Of a DNA stretch of 64,000 nt, positions 19,501-28,956 are shown in pieces. Made by a program: the position numbers and the translations under genes. The notes under the pieces are model-generated. The model was not told where the DNA came from. It saw nothing but the letters and a program-made list of their open reading frames with translations, and made no database searches. Every line of letters starts with the position of its first letter. The first letter of the stretch is position 1. The DNA is from an uncultured Alphaproteobacteria bacterium (GTDB lineage Bacteria > Pseudomonadota > Alphaproteobacteria > RF32 > CAG-239): positions 29,139-93,138 of the forward strand of contig CALXPL010000004.1 of assembly GCA_944390275.1 (NCBI GenBank), given 5' to 3'.

Positions 19501-22500
19501 TTGTTTCCATACCGATAGAATTTTCACCGTTAAGAGTAATACGACCTTGGTTTTCGATACTACCGGCTTCCACGTACATAGCTTTGAAATTACCATTATC
19601 GTTTTCAATAATACCTTCGTTGACGCCTTGTCCGTTGAGAACATACATACCAATGGAACCATCGGTAATTAACTGTCCGGTAGAGGAGTTTTTAATAATA
19701 CCGCCATCGGCATACATAGCCACAGAAGTAGCATCGTTTACTTGAATTGTTCCGCTGTTAATAGCGGTACCTTGAGTTTGGCTATTACCAAGGATTACGC
19801 CGAGAGCGACCATACCTTGAGAGTTTGGACCGTTGACGGTAATAACGCCGTCTAATTCATTGGTAACGGTAGAATTACCGCCGGCTTCCATACCGATAGA
19901 AGAATCACCGCTTGTTGTAATATTAGCATTATTTGTAAGTTGAGCATCGCCTTCACCTTGCATAGCAATAGAATTTGCTCCAGAAACATTGATGATTTTA
20001 TTATTGATAGCGGTACCGGAACGAGCATACATAGCAATAATGCCTTCTTTCGTAAAGGAAAGAGTTCCTTGGTTTTCAGCATTACCGGAATTGACATACA
20101 TGGCATAAATGCTGTTGTTTCCATCGGAGATGGTAATTGTTCCGTTTAGACCATTAACAATTGTTCCGCCATCTGCATACATACCATAAGAATCATCAGC
20201 ATTGATAGTAATATTTTTATTATTTGTTGCCGTTCCTTGAGTTGCTTGCATACCATAAGATTCATCACCGGTAACATCAATATCTCCGCTGTTATCGATA
20301 GTTCCGGAACCATCAGCAATCATACCGGAAGAGCCAGTACTCATAACATTAATAGTTCCTTTGTTACGAGCTTGACCGCTACCGGTAACTTTCATACCGA
20401 TAGATCCGGTAGAGGAGGCTTCTAAATTGATCGTACCTTCATTAAGAGCACCGATAATACTTGTACTTGACGTACCGCCATCTTGAGTTTGGATACCAAC
20501 AGAATTTTGTCCTTGGATAGTAACGGTAGCATTTGTTTTATTGATAATATCGGCAGAAACGCTGTGCATACCGATAGAGCTGTCAGCAGCCATTGTTATT
20601 GAATTATTGTTAGTGCCGCTTCCGTCGGTTGTAAAAATACCATAAGAGTTTTCACCGTCAACAGAGATAGTTCCATCATTCCAAGCCGTAGCCGCACCAA
20701 GCATTTGCATACCGTAAGAATTATCACCGGTAATAGTAATGGTAGCCCCTTGATGGTTAATTGTGGCGGCGGTTTCTTTGTCGCTAGCACCGGAGCCATT
20801 ACCGCCGATACCGACACCGCCGTAGTTAAGGATAATTTGGCTATAGTTATCAAGAGTACCACCCGTTCCTAAATTCATACCATAACCAAACATATCATTA
20901 AGAGTAATAATACCGTAGTTTTTCGCTTCACCTTCATCAAGATACATACCGTAGGCAATATTTTCCGTCGTAGGATATTGACGTCCGGTAATTGTAATAT
21001 TTCCGTTGTTTGTCATACGACTATAAACACCGGTAGAGCCATACATACCATAATTAAGTTTTCCGTTATGATCTGAACTCATAATAATGTCTTTATTATT
21101 AATAATTTGAGCATTTTCGGCAGTAACACTCATACCGATAGAATTGTAACCGGTAACATTGATAGTTCCGTCATTAACGGCATAGTTTTGAGATTCCATA
21201 CCAGTTGACATAGAACCTGTAATATTAATTTGTCCTTGGTTTGAGGCTTGTCCGAGACCGGATTTCATACCGACACCGGTATCATCAATGGTAATAACAC
21301 CGGAACCATAGTTAATAGCATTTCCGCTTGATGTTGACATACCGACACCGCCGGCTTGCATATTAATTTGTCCGTAGTTTTGGTTTAATCCGGATTCGGT
21401 ATGCATACCATTACCGCGTTTAGTAAAGACGATAGATGAGTTTTGGCTGTTAAGGATGTTGGCTTCATTACCCCAAATACCGAAAGAACCGGTATCGACA
21501 TCAATACCTTGAGATAAATCGCCCGTGGTATTAATGTAGAGATTAGCATTATTAATAACACTTCCTTTTTCAGCTTTAATACCATAAGAAGTTTTATTTT
21601 GAGCTTGTTGGGAGTTATTCAAAGTAATATCGGCATTATTTGTTACAATACCATTTTCTGTAGAAATACCATATTGTTCATTAGCATTGTTAATGGTAAT
21701 TGTTTGATTATTAGTGATAGAGCCGACACCGCCTTTAAGACCATAAGCAAGGTTAGACAAAGAGCCGGTATTTCCGTTAATGGTAATGGCAGCATCATTA
21801 ATAATGTTACCAGCGAGGGCTTCGATGGCATAAGCTTCATTTTTATTTGAAATAGTAATTTCAGCGTTATTGTCAACATCGCCTTGAGTTGACTTAATAG
21901 CATAGGCTTTATCATCAAGAGCCCCGGTGGTATTTCCCATAGTAATTGTAGCATTGTTGACAATGTAACCGTTTTCGGTAGAAAGACCATAGCTTTCTTT
22001 AGCATTATTGATAACAATAGCAGCATTATTGTTGATGTCGGTAACGCCGCCTTTAATACCATAAGCGATGGTAGAAGTGATATTGTTGTTATTTTGGTTA
22101 ATAGATATAGTACCGGTATTATTAACGGTACCAGCGAGGGCTTCAATAGCATAAGCCTCGCTTTTATAATCAATATTAATATTTCCGGAGTTCTCAACAT
22201 CACCTTGAGTTGATTTAATGGCATAGGCTTTTGTATCAAGAGCACCATTGTTGTTACTTAAAGTGATATTTGCCGTGTTAGAAATATCACCGTTTTCCGT
22301 AGAAATAGCGTAAGATTCCGTAGCATTATTAATTGTAATAGCCGCATCATTGGAAATATTGCTGTTTCCGCCCTTAATACCATAAGCCAATTTTGATGTG
22401 AGGCTAGTATTTTGGTTAATAGAGATAGTTCCGGTATTATCAACATTTCCGGCAAGAGCTTCAATGGCATAGGTTTCATCTTTGTTAGAGATAGAGATAG

Positions 22501-25198
22501 AAGCAGAGTTATTGACATCACCTTGAGTTGATTTAATAGCATAGGCTTTTGTATCAAGAGCACCATTATTGTTACTTAAAGTGATGTTTGCCGTGTTAGA
22601 AATATCACCGTTTTCTGTCGAAATGGCATAAGATTCCGTAGCATTATTAATGGTAATATTTCCGCTATTAATAATATCACTGTTACCGCCTTTAATGCCA
22701 TAAGCCAAAGCAGAAGTTAAATTTGTTGAAGGATTAATAGAGATAGTTGCAGAATTGTTGACGGTACCGGCGAGGGCTTCAATACCATAAGCATTGTTTT
22801 TGTTAGAAATGGTAAGAGCCGCATTATTTGTAACATCACCTTGAGTTGATTTGATGGCATAGGCTTCGTTATCTAAAGCACCTTTAGAGTTAGTTAAAGA
22901 AATTTGACCATTATTAAGAATAGTACCGTTTTCAATAACGATTCCGTAACTATTGTAGTTATTTGTAATGGAAAGAGTATTATTATTGTTAAGAGTTCCT
23001 TTATTAGCTTTAATAGCAAAAGCAGTTGTTCCGTTGGCACTTGTATTGTTGGTAATTGTAATGGTTCCGTTGTTGTTTACGGTTCCGTCTTCAAGATAGA
23101 TACCGATTGTTTCCGCCGAATTAGAATCGGTAGAACTGTCATCACCGGTAGAGCTATCACCGCTGCTTCCAGAAGAAGAAACATCATTAGTCAAAGCATT
23201 ATCAATAGTGATGCTACTGTTATTATTCGTATTGATAGTACCTTTTTGAGACATACGAATACCGGTTCCGCCGCCTTGAATAGTAATTTCATTATTATTT
23301 TCAATACCGCCGGTATCATGTAAGATTCCGGTACCTTGTTGTTGCAAAGTAATTGTACCATTGTTGATAGACAAACCACCGTTATAAGAAGCGATACCAA
23401 AACCGTTTTTGCTATCAATAGCAATAGTTCCGTTATTTGTCATACTGGGATTATCCTGATCGATTTCAGGATTTTTACCATCGCCGCGCACGGCAATCAT
23501 ACCGTAAGAACCGATACCGCCATCAATACTGATGTATTTATCATTTATAAGAACTCCGTTTCGAATAGAGAACATTCCGGCAACACTTTCGGTAACAGTA
23601 TTGTCTTCACTACCGGTATCAGTAATAGACACTTGGATAGTACCGGAGTTGGTAGCAGTAGTATTTCCATCGGCACGGATACCGATAATACCGCTTAAAC
23701 CTTGAAGGAACATATTATTTCCGTCGCTATCGGTTGCGGAATAAGTACCGTTATCACCGGTTAAAGCGACATCGAGAGCAATATTTCCGTTATTATTAAT
23801 AACAACGTTTCCGGCACGAGAGAAGAGGTAGGAGCCATTTAGAAAAGAGTCTTCGACATAGCTTCCCATACCGACAAGACCTGTACTGATTTCGCGATTA
23901 TCGGCACTTGCGCTAAAAGAAATATTACCGTTATTGGTAAGAGTAGTAGTTGAGAAAGTACCTTTTTCTTGATTAATGATTTGCCCGCGCATACCAATCA
24001 TGGAACCGGCGATACTATCGGCAGATTTTGCCGTACCGGAAATAGTTCCGTTATTGATTATGGTTGAATTAGTATCGGCATACATACCGACAATAGAGTG
24101 ATTATCTTTATCTCCATGGAAAGACATAGAGATAAGGCCGTTTGCATGGTTGGTAGCCGTAGAGCTTTGGCTTGCAATCATAGCCAAGGTACCGTTTTTA
24201 GCATCAATTTTGATAGTATCGTAATTATTTGCGGTACTATTTTTCAAGGCAACCAAAGCAGCCGTATTATCTTTAAGGGTAATAAGGTAATTTTTGCTGG
24301 CATCATAACGAGAAGAGTCGGGACTATAACCGTTATTGACGGTTGAGCGATTGACCCCGCGCATAGCGACTTGAATGTATTGGCTGTAATCGAGAGCACT
24401 ATAACGAAAATCAATTAAATCTGTTAGAGGTTGAGAGGTAGCCCCATCATCTCCGGAAACTTTAATAGAAGAGTTGTTGCTGATAACCCACCCCTCAAGT
24501 TTACCATCTCCGAAGTTATAATCAGGGAAGGCGCCATTAGTTAAAGAACCGCCGAGTTGTTCATCAAGAATAACGCGATTATAATTTGAAGTTTCGGGGG
24601 AGCTGGGAGTCGCTGTACCGACAGTTCCACCCAAGCTGTAGTCGGTTTCATTATAAGAGAGCGGAAAGAAGAAATCGTTTCCACCGCCACCGCCGCCGCC
24701 CATGACGGCAACGAGAATACCACCGAGCAGGATAGCTCCGCCGATAAGCCAAGCAGTTGGTGAGAGCAGATAATCTTCTTCGCCGAGATAAGCATAGGCT
24801 TCACGAGAATTTGCGGTAGTAGGAACCACACGTCTTGATTGCATAAAGGAGTCGCGATTTCTGGCCATAAGGTTTTGCATACAAGGGTGATTCGGATTTG
24901 CACCGGCAGCGCGTAAAGTATTGTAGGCAGTATAATTTCTTTGTTTTATCGCATGACAAAGAGCCGTATTTCCGTTACGATCGAGGGTATCAATATTCAA
25001 GCCGCGTTGGATAGCGGCACGCAAAGCGCGTACATTTCCCATAGTAGCAAGAGTGTACATTTGCGCGTTACTGATAGGGGGAAGATAGGCAAGTGCGGGA
25101 GAACAGATAGATAAAACGAAACCTATTGCCATAAGGGCAATAAGTTTGTTTTGTTTAAAAAAGTTCAACATCCGCATATTAAAATTAAGCCAATACAA
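16559..25198 (-). CDS. Giant type Va autotransporter (2,879 aa): signal peptide, ankyrin-like N-terminal module, hydrophobic segment plus Gly run, Asn/Thr/Gly-rich beta-helical passenger with tandem repeats, C-terminal beta-barrel translocator
   Basis: Signal peptide MRMLNFFKQNKLIALMAIGFVLSICSPALA. GNTALCHAIKQRNYTAYNTLRAAGANPN is an ankyrin repeat. The passenger contains hundreds of NNGTI/GxGI pectate-lyase-like repeats. The last ~300 aa form an autotransporter beta-domain ending ...AINAGLGYKF. Confidence 0.85.
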   Translation of the reverse strand: MYWLNFNMRMLNFFKQNKLIALMAIGFVLSICSPALAYLPPISNAQMYTLATMGNVRALRAAIQRGLNIDTLDRNGNTALCHAIKQRNYTAYNTLRAAGANPNHPCMQNLMARNRDSFMQSRRVVPTTANSREAYAYLGEEDYLLSPTAWLIGGAILLGGILVAVMGGGGGGGNDFFFPLSYNETDYSLGGTVGTATPSSPETSNYNRVILDEQLGGSLTNGAFPDYNFGDGKLEGWVISNNSSIKVSGDDGATSQPLTDLIDFRYSALDYSQYIQVAMRGVNRSTVNNGYSPDSSRYDASKNYLITLKDNTAALVALKNSTANNYDTIKIDAKNGTLAMIASQSSTATNHANGLISMSFHGDKDNHSIVGMYADTNSTIINNGTISGTAKSADSIAGSMIGMRGQIINQEKGTFSTTTLTNNGNISFSASADNREISTGLVGMGSYVEDSFLNGSYLFSRAGNVVINNNGNIALDVALTGDNGTYSATDSDGNNMFLQGLSGIIGIRADGNTTATNSGTIQVSITDTGSEDNTVTESVAGMFSIRNGVLINDKYISIDGGIGSYGMIAVRGDGKNPEIDQDNPSMTNNGTIAIDSKNGFGIASYNGGLSINNGTITLQQQGTGILHDTGGIENNNEITIQGGGTGIRMSQKGTINTNNNSSITIDNALTNDVSSSGSSGDSSTGDDSSTDSNSAETIGIYLEDGTVNNNGTITITNNTSANGTTAFAIKANKGTLNNNNTLSITNNYNSYGIVIENGTILNNGQISLTNSKGALDNEAYAIKSTQGDVTNNAALTISNKNNAYGIEALAGTVNNSATISINPSTNLTSALAYGIKGGNSDIINSGNITINNATESYAISTENGDISNTANITLSNNNGALDTKAYAIKSTQGDVNNSASISISNKDETYAIEALAGNVDNTGTISINQNTSLTSKLAYGIKGGNSNISNDAAITINNATESYAISTENGDISNTANITLSNNNGALDTKAYAIKSTQGDVENSGNINIDYKSEAYAIEALAGTVNNTGTISINQNNNNITSTIAYGIKGGVTDINNNAAIVINNAKESYGLSTENGYIVNNATITMGNTTGALDDKAYAIKSTQGDVDNNAEITISNKNEAYAIEALAGNIINDAAITINGNTGSLSNLAYGLKGGVGSITNNQTITINNANEQYGISTENGIVTNNADITLNNSQQAQNKTSYGIKAEKGSVINNANLYINTTGDLSQGIDVDTGSFGIWGNEANILNSQNSSIVFTKRGNGMHTESGLNQNYGQINMQAGGVGMSTSSGNAINYGSGVITIDDTGVGMKSGLGQASNQGQINITGSMSTGMESQNYAVNDGTINVTGYNSIGMSVTAENAQIINNKDIIMSSDHNGKLNYGMYGSTGVYSRMTNNGNITITGRQYPTTENIAYGMYLDEGEAKNYGIITLNDMFGYGMNLGTGGTLDNYSQIILNYGGVGIGGNGSGASDKETAATINHQGATITITGDNSYGMQMLGAATAWNDGTISVDGENSYGIFTTDGSGTNNNSITMAADSSIGMHSVSADIINKTNATVTIQGQNSVGIQTQDGGTSSTSIIGALNEGTINLEASSTGSIGMKVTGSGQARNKGTINVMSTGSSGMIADGSGTIDNSGDIDVTGDESYGMQATQGTATNNKNITINADDSYGMYADGGTIVNGLNGTITISDGNNSIYAMYVNSGNAENQGTLSFTKEGIIAMYARSGTAINNKIINVSGANSIAMQGEGDAQLTNNANITTSGDSSIGMEAGGNSTVTNELDGVITVNGPNSQGMVALGVILGNSQTQGTAINSGTIQVNDATSVAMYADGGIIKNSSTGQLITDGSIGMYVLNGQGVNEGIIENDNGNFKAMYVEAGSIENQGRITLNGENSIGMETNGSATASNALENSVIIVNGANSIGMKATSGTASNYGKIIANNATAVAMQADGGTIINEDGASLQSIGEVAMLVNSGTGINNGVISLAQEGIHAMRVVQGTITNNKTISLTGDNAAGMVIQGTGTATNETSGNISVSGANAYAMLANGAGTATNNGILDVQNANSYAMYADNGGTIVNSSGATINTIGSSALYVKNGVAKNLGDITNNNNGFHAIHVVSGSGTNSGNITLNGSDAAGLYAQSGTLKNDGGTITMNGESNTTGILGETGTVSVTNSGTITVTASGASGTGIEIAGGSVFNKGSITVTSASGTGISINTGSATNETEINVTGNASVGMISNSGGQLTNAGGASMTVKGTGSIGMHAAKGGQVTNNGALTVEGDSTIGILVENRATGVNGGTLSVTGNKIVGMQANNSSTITNTSNIYVKGSEVVGMKATNNSKIDNQGTILFSGTTAGNNGTSNIFSIDSTSSILNQGTVASATTPSITSYSAPVTMSLMAAPMSFNDSGVYVGENGRFIASTMDGNLSVDGSALDEGNQSEYVLKNALTASDISNLKVKGTAWFSDVSVQESQDDVDLSDITIPSDNAEETSSQTNDETLTDDTNNNESLTFETDGLKNYNIVARKVALNSVLSSSSGIQDRALLNQIDSSYEAGKSSQVFNVLKYAETNADLANEIKGEFGLDLFANFTKQNFDVIKSADRQINATLLNNSDNQEIRVMAGYDFYGRKQDATAYIADYDDQAHSAFGLIDKKYNDVFRYGLGAMVTKYSSDYDDDTASRDEIMVHLLAPLSFQYGNSKLVSVPRIGMGFGDYTRHVTSGSYEGDVTNYYYGITNEARHTFDMGWFGLEPTLEFNVLGMYQGKIKEKDSALEINATNNISVETGIGLYAVKEIELGEKGKINLRAGGTYYHELANPFQAQKARMTDAGINYFVNSYDARRDRAVLSLRLDYRYKQFNLYSEFSKYIETDDAYAINAGLGYKF
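21600..23030 (-). repeat. In-frame tandem array of ~4.5 copies of a 318-bp (106-aa) unit inside the autotransporter passenger
   Basis: Protein residues ~773-1200 repeat GALDxKAYAIKSTQGDV...ITINNATESYAISTENGDISNTANITLSNNN. Alternate-frame ORFs 21643-22248 and 22258-22566 begin with the identical peptide MVLLIQKPM...LNQLKVM, which shows near-identical DNA copies offset by 318 nt. Confidence 0.8.
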
Positions 25199-25377
25199 TA
25201 AGTTACAATAAAGTTCATACGACTGTTTTTAGAACTGATTAATACATATTTAGCAAAGTAAGGTATTAAGGTCAATCTAAGGGGTACAGTTATACAACGT
25301 TTTTTAAATGCAAAAATCGTGCCAAAAGGAGTGAAAGGAGAGGACGTAAAAAACTCGGTACAGAGAGCTGAAAAAAG

Positions 25378-25405
25378 TTGACTAAAGAGTGAAGCGAATT
25401 AAAAT
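25378..25405 (+). promoter_or_regulatory. Putative sigma-70 promoter TTGACT-16-TAAAAT for the nucleotidyltransferase/acetyltransferase operon
   Basis: ttgact at 25378-25383, 16-nt spacer, taaaat at 25400-25405, ~35 nt upstream of the ATG at 25439 with an intervening aagaggaaa RBS. Confidence 0.4.
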
Positions 25406-25438
25406 GAGAACATACAAAAACAAAGAAAAGAGGAAATC

Positions 25439-25882
25439 ATGAAAACATATTATATAGTAAGTGGCGGATTTGATCCGATTCATGAAGGACACATAGCAAT
25501 GATAAAAGCCAGTGCAGAAGCCAGTGATGGAGTTATATTACTTTTAAATTCCGATGAATGGTTGGTACGCAAAAAAGGCACAAATTTTATGAATTTCAAC
25601 ACCCGACGCATTATATGCGAAAATCTGAAAGGCGTCATTGATGTTTTGTCGTTTGATGATACAGATAATTCAGCAAGTGATGGAATAAAGAAGGCAAGAA
25701 AAAAATACCCCGACGCCAAGTTAGTATTTGCAAATGGGGGTGATAGAACAAAATATAACATACCGGAAACAGCCGTCTGTTTAGAAAATGATGTTGAAAT
25801 GAAATTTGGGGTTGGAGGAGAAAACAAAGCAAATGCTTCATCAAAGATATTAAAAGAATATGTGGAGAAGGTTGGAGCATAA
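25439..25882 (+). CDS. HIGH-motif nucleotidyltransferase (cytidylyl/adenylyltransferase family, RfaE/HldE domain-II-like)
   Basis: [11 protein letters not shown] matches the (T/H)xGH nucleotidyltransferase signature. ~147 aa, similar in size and pattern to heptose-1-phosphate adenylyltransferase domains. Confidence 0.6.
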   Translation: MKTYYIVSGGFDPIHEGHIAMIKASAEASDGVILLLNSDEWLVRKKGTNFMNFNTRRIICENLKGVIDVLSFDDTDNSASDGIKKARKKYPDAKLVFANGGDRTKYNIPETAVCLENDVEMKFGVGGENKANASSKILKEYVEKVGA

Positions 25883-26496
25883 TGAGCAAACAAACATTAT
25901 ATAAAGTCTTATCGAAAGTATTGCCGGTAAAGAGTTTAAGAAAGAAATATCGCGCCAAGATAACCAATTCCAACAGCTCGAAATTAGGTTCACTGGGAGA
26001 AGGTACGGTAATTCGCCGATCGGCGCATCTCGACCGTCCTGAAAATATCTATGTCGGTTCGACATGTTATATCGGAGAGAATGTCCGATTAGTAGCGATG
26101 GCAAAGATTATATTGGGCAATAATGTAACTTTGGGAGAAGATTTGATAGTTTATACATCAAATCATGATTATCACAGTCCGGATACATTTCCCTATTCAT
26201 TAGACACGTTTGCACAAGATGTTGAATTTGAGGGAGATAATTGGGTAGGAGCGCGCAGTATTATTCTCCCTGGATGTAAGATAGGAGCGGGAGCCATTGT
26301 CGGAGCAGGTTCAGTAGTAACCAAAAGTGTTCCGAGTTGTGCGATAGTCGGAGGAAATCCGGCAAAGATTATCGGTTGGCGAGATAAAGAAGCCTATCAC
26401 AAAAATGCATCAAAGAATCATTTTCAACTCGGAGGCAATGATGTAGTTAAATATATTCCGGGCTATAAGCCGGAGCTAATTGACACACGAAAATAA
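25882..26496 (+). CDS. Hexapeptide-repeat (left-handed beta-helix) O-acetyltransferase
   Basis: Repeated [LIV]G-x4 hexads, e.g. [46 protein letters not shown]. The start overlaps the upstream stop (ATGA). Confidence 0.75.
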   Translation: MSKQTLYKVLSKVLPVKSLRKKYRAKITNSNSSKLGSLGEGTVIRRSAHLDRPENIYVGSTCYIGENVRLVAMAKIILGNNVTLGEDLIVYTSNHDYHSPDTFPYSLDTFAQDVEFEGDNWVGARSIILPGCKIGAGAIVGAGSVVTKSVPSCAIVGGNPAKIIGWRDKEAYHKNASKNHFQLGGNDVVKYIPGYKPELIDTRK

Positions 26497-26522
26497 AGAA
26501 TCCCGAAAGGGATTTTTTTTTG
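26497..26522 (+). terminator. Rho-independent terminator
   Basis: atccc-gaaa-gggat followed by nine T. Confidence 0.6.
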
Positions 26523-26597
26523 AAAAAAATCCAAGAAAAAATCTTGCGCAAAAGACAGGGACTTGTTAAATTAGAAAAAAACAACAAGGAAAGTAGA

Positions 26598-27302
26598 ATG
26601 AATTATAAAAATCCATTAATAACAGGAAGAATCAAAGGATTATATAAAGATTTGATTTTAGATGTTGAATTAGAAAATGGGGATATAGTTCAGGCATTGT
26701 GTCCGGAGTCAAACTTCAAAAATATGTTGTATAAGAACGAAATAACCGCATATTTGACACAAAGCCAAGATACACGCCGTCGTGTTGGATATATATGTCA
26801 AATGATAGACAAAGGTGATGGTCTTGTTTTTATTAATTATAAATATAAAAATATCTTGTTTATAGAAGGATTTGCACACGGAATAATGGCAGAAGATTTT
26901 GGAGGATATAATCATATCCGAGAAATCAGAAATGACGATGAGGAACTAAAACACGTAAATTTTGAATTACGGGATGATAACAATTCCAAAGCCTATGTAT
27001 ATGTAGCAAATATCTATAACAAACAAGGGACAGAGATAGTTTTTCCATCGACAATAAATTTTTTTGAATTAGAAATGTTGGAAGAATTACGCCGAATGCG
27101 TTATAACGGTCATGAAAGTTATATATGCTTAATAGTTCCGAGAGAAGATTGCATGGATGCACGATTTGTATGGAATCAAAATCCGATAGCTGCGGCAAAA
27201 TTATATGAAGAAATAAAAAACGGATTGAAATTATGTTGTTATAGTTGCAATGTAAATGAGAAAAGTGTATCAATAACCAAAAAGATGAGAATATTATATT
27301 GA
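26598..27302 (+). CDS. sfsA: SfsA-like protein (sugar fermentation stimulation protein / nuclease-like fold)
   Basis: MNYKNPLITGRIKGLYKDLILDVELENGDIVQALCP... and ...IVFPSTINFFELEMLEELRRMRYNGHESYICLIVPRED align with the SfsA N- and C-terminal domains. Start taken at the ATG with an aaggaaag RBS. The ORF track starts at TTG 26520. Confidence 0.6.
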   Translation: MNYKNPLITGRIKGLYKDLILDVELENGDIVQALCPESNFKNMLYKNEITAYLTQSQDTRRRVGYICQMIDKGDGLVFINYKYKNILFIEGFAHGIMAEDFGGYNHIREIRNDDEELKHVNFELRDDNNSKAYVYVANIYNKQGTEIVFPSTINFFELEMLEELRRMRYNGHESYICLIVPREDCMDARFVWNQNPIAAAKLYEEIKNGLKLCCYSCNVNEKSVSITKKMRILY

Positions 27303-27322
27303 TAAAATGAGAGGAAAAGAAA

Positions 27323-28129
27323 TTGTCCACCAAAAGAAGAGACGGAATAGTCATACATACACCGGAAGAATTTGAAAAAATGAGAATAGCCGGAAAGATA
27401 GCGGCAGAATGTTTAGATTATATCACACCTTATGTTCAACCGGGAGTTTCGACGGGAGAATTAGATGATTTATGCCGCGAATTTATGCTGTCCAAAGGAG
27501 CAACACCGGCATGTTTAGGATACCATGGTTATCCAAAATCTGTTTGTATTTCAATCAATCATGTAATTTGTCATGGCATACCGGATTATGAAAGAAAGTT
27601 ATTGGAAGGCGACAGTTTAAATATAGATGTAACAACCATAGTTGATGGATGGTATGGAGATACGAGCCGCATGTATTTTGCCGGTAAGCCGAAAATAAAG
27701 GCGAAACGCTTATGTGAAGTAACCTATGAATGTATGATGAGAGGGATAGATGCGGTAAAACCGGGTGCTCGATTGGGAGATATCGGAGCAACGATAGAAG
27801 AATGGGCGCATAAATACGGCTATTCGGTAGTCGATATGTTTTGCGGTCATGGTTTAGGACAAGTTTTTCACGATGCCCCCAATGTTATGCATTGCGGAAG
27901 AAGAGGGACGGGGCTTGTTTTGGAAGAAGGCATGTTTTTTACGATTGAACCAATGATAAATGAAGGAAAAAAAGATGCACTGATATTACGAGATGGTTGG
28001 ACATCCGTAACACGAGACAAATCATTATCGATGCAGTTTGAACATTCTTTAGGTGTAACCCATGATGGGTATGAAGTTTTCACTTATTCACCGAAAGGAT
28101 TGGATAAACCCCCGTATAAATTGGACTAA
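27323..28129 (+). CDS. map: Methionine aminopeptidase, type I
   Basis: TTG start with a gagga RBS. Conserved MAP1 metal-ligand regions (DVTTIVDGWYGDTSRMY, FCGHGLGQVFHDAP, FTIEPMINEG). Confidence 0.9.
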   Translation: MSTKRRDGIVIHTPEEFEKMRIAGKIAAECLDYITPYVQPGVSTGELDDLCREFMLSKGATPACLGYHGYPKSVCISINHVICHGIPDYERKLLEGDSLNIDVTTIVDGWYGDTSRMYFAGKPKIKAKRLCEVTYECMMRGIDAVKPGARLGDIGATIEEWAHKYGYSVVDMFCGHGLGQVFHDAPNVMHCGRRGTGLVLEEGMFFTIEPMINEGKKDALILRDGWTSVTRDKSLSMQFEHSLGVTHDGYEVFTYSPKGLDKPPYKLD

Positions 28130-28132
28130 ATT

Positions 28133-28831
28133 ATGAAAGACAGCAAGGGACAAGACGAACAACCGGATTACTTAGGACATCGGTCAAGGTTGCGTGAAAG
28201 GTTTTTAAAAAGTAACGGCAAGGATATGGCTGATTACGAATTAATCGAATTATTGCTGACATATGTTATCCCGCGTCGAGATGTAAAACCGATAGCCAAA
28301 GAATTAATACGCAAATTTGGAAGTCTGGGAGATGTTGTAAATGCGGACGTATCGCGGATAACCGAAGTAAACGGCATTAAAGAAAACACGGCGATAATGT
28401 TCAAGCTAATCAAGGAAGCGGCAAAAAGATTTTCGTGGGAAATTTTATCGGATAAAGATACACCAGTAATAAATGATTGGGATACGATGATAGATTATTG
28501 CCGTTCCGAAATGGCTTATTTGGATATTGAAGAATTTCGCATAATCTTTTTAGATGTCAAACTTCGTTTGATAGGCGAAGAGATAATGCAAAGAGGTACA
28601 ATCAATCAAGTTGCTATACACCCGAGAGAAGTTGTTAAATTAGCCATGGATAAGAAAGCGGCAGCCATTATAATGGTTCACAATCATCCATCAGGAGATG
28701 TAAAGCCGTCTCGGGCAGATATTGAAATCACCAAGCAAATCAAACAAGCCTTGGAGAGTATAAATATACAATTAATAGACCATGTTGTGATAAGCAAAAA
28801 TGATTATTTCAGCATAAAATCAATATTATAA
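28133..28831 (+). CDS. radC: RadC-family JAB/MPN-domain protein
   Basis: HNHPSGDVKPSRADIEITKQ JAMM motif plus an N-terminal HhH region. 232 aa. Confidence 0.85.
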   Translation: MKDSKGQDEQPDYLGHRSRLRERFLKSNGKDMADYELIELLLTYVIPRRDVKPIAKELIRKFGSLGDVVNADVSRITEVNGIKENTAIMFKLIKEAAKRFSWEILSDKDTPVINDWDTMIDYCRSEMAYLDIEEFRIIFLDVKLRLIGEEIMQRGTINQVAIHPREVVKLAMDKKAAAIIMVHNHPSGDVKPSRADIEITKQIKQALESINIQLIDHVVISKNDYFSIKSIL

Positions 28832-28897
28832 AGAAGAAAAGTTAAAACGCCTCTGAAAAAAAATTACTTTTTCGAAGTTGATTGTTTTCACAATGTA

Positions 28898-28937
28898 AAC
28901 ATAAAAGAAAATCCCCTTTATGAGATAAAGGGGATTT
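28898..28937 (-). terminator. Rho-independent terminator for ppiD (minus strand)
   Basis: aatcccctttat-gag-ataaaggggatt hairpin. On the minus strand it is followed by tttcttttat. Confidence 0.5.
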
Positions 28938-28956
28938 AGAATTTAAGAGCAAAAGA

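Noticed and set aside
21600-23030. Regularly spaced repeats that could superficially resemble a CRISPR array
   Set aside because: The period is 318 bp with no short unique spacers. The repeats are in frame within a coding sequence and encode a protein repeat. There are no cas genes.
16735-24903. Dozens of 60-200-aa ORFs on both strands inside the autotransporter gene (e.g. 18246-18785 +, 21643-22248 -, 22904-23323 +)
   Set aside because: They are alternate-frame shadows of an 8.6-kb ORF with strongly biased, repetitive codon content (Thr/Asn/Gly-rich). Their repeated peptides simply mirror the tandem DNA repeats. There is no independent evidence for expression.
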